This document shows positions 22,542 to 30,354 of a stretch of 64,000 nt of DNA, piece by piece. Position 1 is the stretch's first letter. Each line of letters begins with the position of its first letter. The DNA comes from Rhynchopus sp. YZ270_cl-10 (taxonomy: Eukaryota): assembly GCA_964035575.1 (NCBI GenBank), contig OZ037841.1, positions 1,488,001-1,552,000 of the forward strand, read 5' to 3'. Made by a program: the position numbers and the translations under genes. The notes under the pieces are model-generated. The model worked only from the letters and a program-made list of their open reading frames with translations. It had not been told where the DNA came from and searched no databases.

Positions 22542-22736
22542 GCGCACAAACAAAAGACCCGATCTTTTTTTTCGTGGGTCGCGACCCAGGCACTTGGGTC
22601 AGCTTGACCCACTGACCCAGGCAAGCTAGGACTCTGACGAGACGCATCTTTTCAAGTTGTCTTTTGCGGAATTTGCAACGAAAACAAAAAAAACAAAATG
22701 TCATTACGTTAGCATTTCAAAAACGCATCACAACAG

Positions 22737-22940
22737 AACGGCTTCATACGGCGACACACCTGCCCGTTTGACCATGCAGCCTCGATCGACCCTGACGAGC
22801 AGAGATCTGTCGTATCCTCCGCTGGACGCGACACTGACTCAGACCACATCGATCGCGACAACATAGGCGGCAACACAGTCGGCGCGAAGCACCTTCTCTC
22901 CGCAGAAAAGTTGGAGAAAATGGCACAACGCACTTCCTGA
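22737..22940 (+). CDS. Predicted terminal exon 2 of the K+ channel gene (NGFIRRHTCPF...MAQRTS*)
   Basis: GC-richer open frame starting exactly after CAG, in the phase required by the 19227 donor. TGA at 22938-22940. Confidence 0.65.
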   Translation, partial: NGFIRRHTCPFDHAASIDPDEQRSVVSSAGRDTDSDHIDRDNIGGNTVGAKHLLSAEKLEKMAQRTS

Positions 22941-23290
22941 GGGGTCGGTTAGGGTTGGGGGGTGGGGACAAGGGTTGGGTAAATTTGTCATGATGGTCGA
23001 CAGTGGGAGAAGAGTAGTTTTAAAAGGGTGCGTAGTTTAGAATTAGGAAAGTAGAGGTAGCTGATATTACGTACAGGCTGCGGCTTGTTCAAGACGGATT
23101 TGTGTTGCTTAAGCATTTAGATCGTCACTGTGTACTTGTTTTTCATGTGTAAAATACATTATTATAACCAATAACCCAGTTTGCTTCGTCGCTGTGCATG
23201 GGACGGAACCGGGATCAGGGGCTGGAAAGAAACAGAAAAGTCTCAGAATTTTGTGTGTTTTGAAAAAAAAAAAAAATCATTATTATGTGC

Positions 23291-24370
23291 CAGGCTATTT
23301 CCTAAATCTGAGTTTCGATTTTAGGATTTGAGATTTTGGAAATGCCGCACTTTTTTTACCGACCAAATTTTCCCGGTTGCCGCACTTTTTTTTCGCCTAA
23401 GGGGGAAGGTAGGTAGGGCACTTCTGTCTGGGAAAAAGTGACCAGGGAAAAAAATGTTGGGGTCCCGTGCTCCCAAATGTGCGAAATAAGCAAGAAATAA
23501 GCATTTTTGCACACACGTGTATAAAAAAAATCCGCCTCCGGCGGGGTTCGTTTTCGAGGATTTTCAGAGATATCACGATATGAGGATTCCTTAAGAAACC
23601 ATTGAATCTTATTCAGAATAATAGTACCTTAGAGTGTTTTTGGACACACATATGACCCCACCGTGGAGAGCAATCGGCTCGTGCAATCAAAAAAAAGCGG
23701 AGAAAAGGTACAAAAAAAAAAGTTGGGTACCGTGCGCCTGCGGCGCTTCTTGTTCCCTACCAGTTTCTACAGGCAAACACTTGCCCCCTTTACCTTATAC
23801 TGACGGATTTTGACCAAAACCAAGAACTTGTCCATTTCGGCAAATTGACCCCACCACACAACGCACGGATTCCGGAAATGCAAATGCCGGTGTTTTCGGG
23901 CATTTTCATGTTTCAAGACGTCAGGATCAGGGAGAGAAAATTTGGTTGTGGGATTTACCTTGGCCCTCTTTACCCTACGTGGGTTTTGACCAAAACCAAG
24001 AATTTGGCCATTTCGGCAAAGTGACCCCACCACAGCGCGGGCGGATTCCGGAAATTCCAATCGCGGTATGTTTTGGAGCTGAAAACCCACTGTTTTTTTC
24101 AGGGGAAAAATTGCTTCCAAATGTCGGAATTTTCCGAATTTTCCTGAAAATGACCCTTGTTTACGAGTATGGGTTCATATTTTGCGAAAATTTAAGTCAC
24201 TAAATTTTTGTCCATTTTTCCGAATATGCCTGACCACAAGCCGGGATTGGCTCGGAAATGCAACAAAACGCCCTCTTGGGCGGAAAAAAACCTCACGAAA
24301 ATGCCGCACTTTTTTTGCATTTCTTTTTCGAAATTTTGGAAAAAACGCCCCAGAGTTAGGAAATAGCCTG
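23291..24370. mobile_element. Non-autonomous hAT-type element (1080 bp)
   Basis: TIRs CAGGCTATTTCCTAAATCTG and CAGAGTTAGGAAATAGCCTG match 19/20. Exact 8-bp TSD TTATGTGC at 23283-23290 and 24371-24378. Internal duplication of about 80 bp at 23806-23885 and 23984-24062. Confidence 0.9.
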
Positions 24371-24961
24371 TTATGTGCTCTGCCTGGGCAGTAGTGTCTA
24401 GCGTTGCCACGTTCGTCTGTTGCGCACGAGAATGAAGAGAGACTCCAATGTGCGTCTGTTTCTCAAGAGTTTTTGGTGTTCTATTTGTGTTTTGTTTGGA
24501 AGCGACTCCCCATTTGACATGTGAACACTTGCCTCCTCAGAGTATGTGTTCATCAAACCATCAAAGGGTTGTTCTAGCAGGTCTTCATTGGTAGAGTCAC
24601 CTGGTGCAGGTCCTTGGTGACACACTCCTTATGAAGATGTGCATCAGCGTCCATTTAGTTGCAGGCGGTACAGCGTGCACCTCGTTGCTACCCATGTACG
24701 AAGAGTGCAGGGTGTCGTGCCGTCCGCAACCGACAGATCTGCGCTCTATTTTTGTTTTTGTTTTCTGTAGACATGCGTGTGTTCACCCATTTAAAAAAAA
24801 CGCACCCACAAATAAGCCCGAGTCTTTTGCTTTCTCAGTACCTACCCTACCCCCGTGGACGACGTGGCCAGCAACACCCTCTTCGGGTTCAGCTTGGATG
24901 AACAGAGTGCCAGGAGCGTCCCCATTCATCAGAACACCACACCACACAGAGAGACACAACA

Positions 24962-26599
24962 ATGCAGCTGTATGTCCTGTACCGTGGGGAACAACACCCT
25001 TTCGAAGTCGATGAGAGTATGGGAGAAGACCCAATAGAATACGTGTGTAGTCAGGTGGCGGCTGCAGTGGGGATCGAAGCAGATACCTTCACATTGCTGT
25101 TCGATGGGAAACCTCTGCGCGACCGAGACGACATGATGCAACTGAGCGAGGGCAACACGATCGAGATGACTCTGCGGGAGAGTCAATGCCCGACAATGGA
25201 TCTCTCTTGGTCCAACGCCCTCAGCAACAGAGGGGATGGCTTCCTCGCGCACCACACTTGGTTGACGACAATCACTCTTCCTCAAGAAAGCGACGTCGAG
25301 GATATAGGCAACGACTTCCTGAAGGGGTGCAGTGGGTTGACGACAATCAATCTCTCTGGTCTCAGCAAGGTCAAGTACATAGGGCATGGCTTCCTCGCGG
25401 AGTGCACCTCATTAACAACGATCACACTGCCTGAAGAGAACGCTCTCCAGAAGATAGGCAACAAGTTCATGTCGGGGTGCAGTGGGTTGAGGACAATCGA
25501 TCTCTCTGGTTTCAGCGCTGTCAGGAGCATAGGGGATGGCTTCCTCGCGAAGTGCACCTCATTGTCAACGATCACACTGCCTGAAGAGAGTGCTGTCACG
25601 GAGATAGGCAACGACTTCCTGTGGGAGTGCGGTAGGTTGATGACACTCGATCTGTCTGGTCTCAGCTCTGTCACGGAGATACAAAACAACTTCCTGTCGT
25701 GGAGTGGGTTGACGGAAATCAATCTCTCTGGGTTCAGCACTGTCACGGAGATACACGACAACTTCCTGTTGGGGTGCAGTAGGTTGAGGACAGTCGATCT
25801 GTCTGGTCTCAGCGCTGTCATGAACATAGGGGATGGCTTCCTGGGGGGGTGCAGTGGGTTGACGGCAATCAATCTCTCTGGTCTCAGCTCTGTCACAGAG
25901 ATACAAGACAACTTCCTGTCGTGGAGTGGGTTGACGGAAATCAATCTCTCTGGGTTCAGCACTGTCACGGAGATACACGACAACTTCCTGTTGGGGTGCA
26001 GTAGGTTGAGGACAGTCGATCTGTCTGGTCTCAGGCGTGTCACGGAGATACCAGACAACTTCCTGTTGGGGTGCAGTAGGTTGAGGACAGTTGATCTGTC
26101 TGGTCTCAGCGCTGTCATGAACATAGGGGATGGCTTCCTGGGGGGGTGCAGTGGGTTGACGGCAATCAATCTCTCTGGTCTCAGCTCTGTCACAGAGATA
26201 CAAGACAACTTCCTGTCGTGGTGCAGTGGGTTGACGGAAATCAACTTCGCTGGCCTCAGCAAGGTAACCAAAATAGGGACTAGCTTCCTCACGAACTGCA
26301 CCTCATTGACAACGATCACACTGCCTGAAGAGAGCGCTGTCACGGAGATACGGGGCCGCTTCCTGTTGGGGTGCAGTGGGTTGACGACAATCGATCTTTC
26401 TGGTCTCAGCTCTGTCAGGAGCATAGGGGATGGCTTCCTCTCGAACTGCACGCTGCCATCGAACGAAAGGAAAATAACAGTGAAGCTCACCGGCAGCAGC
26501 GACGTGGTGTCTGCGCGAGTGCTGTCGGGATTGGACGGAACGAACGTTGTTGAGATGGTTCCCCCAACAGAGGCAACACTTGATTCCCCTGTACGTTGA
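24962..26599 (+). CDS. Ubiquitin-like domain plus leucine-rich repeat protein (BspA/LRR_5-like 24-25 aa units)
   Basis: Ubl-like LLFDGKPLRD..LSEGNTIEM. Many repeats of FLxGCSGLTxIxLSGLSxVTEIxDN. Confidence 0.85.
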   Translation: MQLYVLYRGEQHPFEVDESMGEDPIEYVCSQVAAAVGIEADTFTLLFDGKPLRDRDDMMQLSEGNTIEMTLRESQCPTMDLSWSNALSNRGDGFLAHHTWLTTITLPQESDVEDIGNDFLKGCSGLTTINLSGLSKVKYIGHGFLAECTSLTTITLPEENALQKIGNKFMSGCSGLRTIDLSGFSAVRSIGDGFLAKCTSLSTITLPEESAVTEIGNDFLWECGRLMTLDLSGLSSVTEIQNNFLSWSGLTEINLSGFSTVTEIHDNFLLGCSRLRTVDLSGLSAVMNIGDGFLGGCSGLTAINLSGLSSVTEIQDNFLSWSGLTEINLSGFSTVTEIHDNFLLGCSRLRTVDLSGLRRVTEIPDNFLLGCSRLRTVDLSGLSAVMNIGDGFLGGCSGLTAINLSGLSSVTEIQDNFLSWCSGLTEINFAGLSKVTKIGTSFLTNCTSLTTITLPEESAVTEIRGRFLLGCSGLTTIDLSGLSSVRSIGDGFLSNCTLPSNERKITVKLTGSSDVVSARVLSGLDGTNVVEMVPPTEATLDSPVR

Positions 26600-27107
26600 T
26601 TCCCCTGTGCCTGAACAATGGGGAGAAATTCTAAAAAGGTAAATGTACCCCTGAGTTTTTTTGTTAGGGATATGTAGTGTACAGAGAGCGCGATGAAGTA
26701 GATGGAGCACCCCACCAGTTTCCCCGTACCCCCGCACCCCAACCCCTATAGCCCCCCACCCATCCCATGTCTGTGCTCTGCACCAGTCCCAGTCCACAAA
26801 CCTCACAGGGAAAAAATTCAAAGGGAAACGCATCTATGGAAAATACAGACAAATGCTGCATTTTTTTAAAATGCTGCTTCAACGCAACAACAACAAAGAG
26901 ACACAAGTAACTTTGGTAGCACCACGCACGCCACTCCCTATACGCACCATGTCCCCAGAATACACTAAAATACACAAAAAAAATTCTCCCTTTTCCCTCG
27001 CCTCTCTCGGCCCCTTCCCCCCAACCTTTTCTTCGGCCACAGAAGCTGAGGCCCTACCACACCCCCATCTTTCCCCTCCTCCCCCCTCCCCCTCCCTCCT
27101 CTCTTCC

Positions 27108-28175
27108 ATGGAGGTCACTGTGACCTGCCCTTCCACTTCTTCCCAATGTGTTGTTGATGTGTGTCTTGATGAGACTGTTGGGTCTTTGAGGGATAAAGCG
27201 GCGCTTGCACTTGGTGTTCACGGGGAAATCCAGGTGAAAGGGGGTGGACGTCTGGGGGGACCAGACACACTCATTGCAGACACCGCACTGCACGCGATGG
27301 GGGAGTTGGAGCTGACGGCAGGATTTCCTGAGATTGACACTGAGGCCGAGTATTTGGCAGAGACATTCCGCCTTGCGGTGTCACCATGCGGTACACGACT
27401 GGCCTGCGGGGAGAAGGCCTTCGTTGTCTCCGTCTGGGACACCCGCACAGCCAGCCTCCTTTGGCGCTCTGCTTCAGACGGCGGCATCCGATACTCCAAT
27501 ACCGTTGTGTTCTCTGAATCCGGGGATATGCTGCTGACAACAAAGCTTGCCCAGGTTATTCTGTACGATTCTGCGAACGGAGGCATCCTGCACATCTTCT
27601 CTCACAACACAGCAGTACAGGACGCTGCCTTTCTTGGCGCCAACAGGGTTATCACTGCGTGCGGTGAAGGGGTCCGCATACTGTCCTCGGGGGGGGAGCG
27701 GGTCTTATTTGAAGGGGCGGCGCTGGGCGTCTGTGTCACAGAGAGCCACATCATTGCTGAGGTCGAAGGCAGGCTGTTGGTCTTTGCCAGAGACACCTTT
27801 GCGATGCTGCGAGAGATTGAGGGCAATGGGCACGGCTATCTCCCCGTCAGCGCCGAGCGCGATGTTGTGTGGTGCAGCGCAGGGGCCATCTCTGTCCACT
27901 CCCCCGCTACAGGAGAATGCACCGGAGCAGCAGAAGCAGCATGCCTCTGGGTAGCAAACATCGACGTCTCCAAAGCGGGCCTCATAGCAGCGTGCGGCGG
28001 CGAAAGCGTCTTTCTCTACGACATGCACGGTGTGCAACGTGGCGTAGTGTGCCCCTGTGTAGGTGAAGCGATCTACGGGCTTGCCTTCACCCCATGCGGA
28101 AGGTGGCTCTTTACAGGTGGATATAAAAAGGTCCGTGCTGTGCTCTGCGAGAACGTCCAGGCAGAAAAGGAATGA
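27108..28175 (+). CDS. Ubiquitin-like domain plus WD40 beta-propeller protein
   Basis: N-terminal ETVGSLRDKA..LIADTALH Ubl-like segment. WD-like blades LAVSPCGTRLA..VSVWD and LAFTPCGRWLFTGG. ATG at 27108 after a C/T tract. Confidence 0.75.
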   Translation: MEVTVTCPSTSSQCVVDVCLDETVGSLRDKAALALGVHGEIQVKGGGRLGGPDTLIADTALHAMGELELTAGFPEIDTEAEYLAETFRLAVSPCGTRLACGEKAFVVSVWDTRTASLLWRSASDGGIRYSNTVVFSESGDMLLTTKLAQVILYDSANGGILHIFSHNTAVQDAAFLGANRVITACGEGVRILSSGGERVLFEGAALGVCVTESHIIAEVEGRLLVFARDTFAMLREIEGNGHGYLPVSAERDVVWCSAGAISVHSPATGECTGAAEAACLWVANIDVSKAGLIAACGGESVFLYDMHGVQRGVVCPCVGEAIYGLAFTPCGRWLFTGGYKKVRAVLCENVQAEKE

Positions 28176-28834
28176 AATTTATGTATTTTCAATTCCGAAA
28201 GTCTTTGAAACTAAAAAAAAAAAATTCATTCTGCGGTGCGTAGGAGGTCTTAGGGTGATCTGACCACTTTATGTTTTTAACTCTCTCCGTTTTGTGTTGT
28301 GTCTCTAGTGTGTCTCTTTTGTCTCTGAAGTGCGCACTGCACGTATTCTCTGATGAGGTTTGTGTGTCCCCCAGTGTAGCGTCCCCCCTCCCACCCTCAC
28401 CCCACCTCCTTGAGGGGTCTGTCCTTTTGGGGTGTGGACACTACATCAAAAAAACTCTCTCCTCCCTGTTCAGGTAGTTTAAGTAAAAGAGGATTTTATA
28501 AAGGCCACAGAAGGCATAGAAGAGCGTAATGATGAACGGCGTGAAATATAAACGGTTTTATACAATTTCCGTTTAACTTCTTCCTACCAAACGTTTCCAA
28601 GCTCCTTTTAACAACGCCAACACTATGCTCTCCACGACAATGGCTTGCTCTGTCTGGGGGTCATTAGTTTGTGTGTTATACACGAAATGGTTGTAGGACT
28701 GTATGGTTGGGGTCTACCCCGGTACACCCTGTCATGTACCAAGGTACACTGTCAGGAGAGGGCTGTTGTATTTCAAGTCAAGTTTGGGGGTGACTAATCA
28801 CATAGGGAGGCTTAGGTTCATCTTATAAACTTTT

Positions 28835-28931
28835 CTACCTGATTTTTCCTGAAATTTGGTGGTGTTTGGTGGTCTGAAAAACCACTATTAAGACCACCAA
28901 ACTCCACCAAATTTCAGGAAAGATCAGGTGG
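28835..28931. repeat. Hairpin mini-MITE (about 97 bp) with C(C/T)ACCTGATT termini
   Basis: Near-perfect inverted arms of about 40 bp: ACCTGATTTTTCCTGAAATTTGGTGGTGTTTGGTGGTCT and AGACCACCAAACTCCACCAAATTTCAGGAAAGATCAGGT. Partial copy at about 56050-56080. Confidence 0.75.
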
Positions 28932-30300
28932 ATTTTCTTTTCTTTCTTTTAACTTTTCAAACAAAAGGTAGGTCACATCCTCGGGTGTCAAAAGCCAACT
29001 AATTTTTAAAAAGGAAAAAACAACTGACTGTTCCTGTGTTTTGACAACAGGAGAGCCACCAACTCCCCAACGTACAAAATATACCAAAGGAAAAAGCTTC
29101 TTCTCTTTGCAACCTCTGTAGGGGGCGGCAGGGGTTCGTCTCTTTCCTTGGATCCTCTCAACAAAAAAGGGCATTAAGTTGTGATCAGATACACATAAAA
29201 TGTGCATTTTCTTTTTATTTTCCCGCACACCCATTTGTCCACTGCAACAAAGCACCCCCTCATGTCCCCTCCCCTTGTTTCAGTATATTCATACGTAACT
29301 AAGCGTGACGCCCAAGCTCTGCTGAGCCAGATTTTGTAAACGTGGCCAAGGCAGGTCCCTTTGTTGAAAGGATTTATGTTAATTGTCTCAAGCACAATCG
29401 TCTTGACCACACTTCAGTACAAACTAACTTCCATTTTTGCCGTGCAGCAGAAATGGTTGTGTTTTGCCTTGTCTCCTTGTGGCTGCGTCTGTACAGCGTA
29501 GTCCGTCTCTTAACAGTACAGTAGTCATATGGCGTCCAAAAAAGTCGCCAATTGCAAGAACCCCCCAAAAATCCGCCAATATTATTTGGTCGCCAAGTTT
29601 CTTGTCCTACTGTAAACATTGTTTTGTCTTTTCTCTGAAGCTGTTCCCCTGTTTTCTTTTGTTTTCTTGTGTTCGCGCTGGCTTAGTGTCATGCCGTGTA
29701 TACTCACCTTGGTTGTTGTATGGTTTGCGACTAATAAATCCACGTGCACGACGTCTCGTTGTGGTCCGTGGCGTGTTGGGGGTTTAGGATGCCCACATTG
29801 CTTGTCTCCCCCCTGACCCCTTCCCCCCTTCCCCAGGTCCTGTCTCCCAAGTACAGGCCACTATCTTGGATTAAATTGTTTGTTCTTTGTCGGAAATATT
29901 GGAAAAGATGTGTGAATGAGAAGTCATCTTTAAAAAAGTTTCCTTTTCTTACTTCTTTGCTTAAGCCCCCCCCTCCCTCCCTCAGCTTTTGATCGCTGGG
30001 ATTAACATCTTGTCTAACCCTATTTTTTTCTTGGGTCCCGTGTTTCGAAAAATTATAGTCCAGAAATCCATTGGTCCAGAATTTCGTTTCGGGGGTGCAA
30101 ACAAAAAAGTTGGACCTTCGCTCTGGGTTCAAAAGAGTTCGAAGCGTGGTATATTAAATTTGCAACACTTTCAATTCCTGCACCAACCAGTAACTATTAA
30201 AAACGTTTCTAAAAAAAGGTATCACATTTTTTGCATCTAGACCTGAACCCTCTGAACTCTGACCCATCCACCCCCACATCTACAGATTTCTCTGACTTTG

Positions 30301-30323
30301 TATATTTCTGTATTTCTTCGCAG
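30301..30323 (+). promoter_or_regulatory. Candidate trans-splice acceptor (polypyrimidine tract plus CAG) upstream of ATG 30355
   Basis: TATATTTCTGTATTTCTTCGCAG ends 31 nt before the ATG. Similar sites end at 41197 and 62566. Confidence 0.4.
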
Positions 30324-30354
30324 TTGCCTATCTACCTGTCAACGTACGTCTAAG

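Larger units (their letters stand above)
19983..22555 (+). mobile_element. VIPER/TATE-like tyrosine-recombinase retrotransposon with truncated RT
   Basis: Order is gag-like ORF, YR, RT N-terminus. Exact 25-bp direct repeat CCCGGCTTTGAGCGCACAAACAAAA at 19983-20007 and 22531-22555. Left boundary uncertain. Confidence 0.8.
19274..22636. mobile_element. hAT-like TIR element (3363 bp) carrying a YR retroelement
   Basis: TIRs CAGGGTCCTAGCTTG and CAAGCTAGGACTCTG match 14/15. ACGAGAC is duplicated at 19267-19273 and 22637-22643. GGGTCA/TGACCC subterminal repeats. Internal blocks are shared with the 7466-8351 element. Confidence 0.8.
19227..22736 (+). other. Predicted phase-0 GT-AG intron (3510 nt) filled with mobile elements
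   Basis: Donor GTATGT directly after codon ACG. Acceptor CAACAG at 22731-22736 is followed by an in-frame open 67-codon exon. Confidence 0.7.

Noticed and set aside
25282..26742. 486-aa minus-strand ORF
   Set aside because: Antisense shadow of the repetitive LRR gene.
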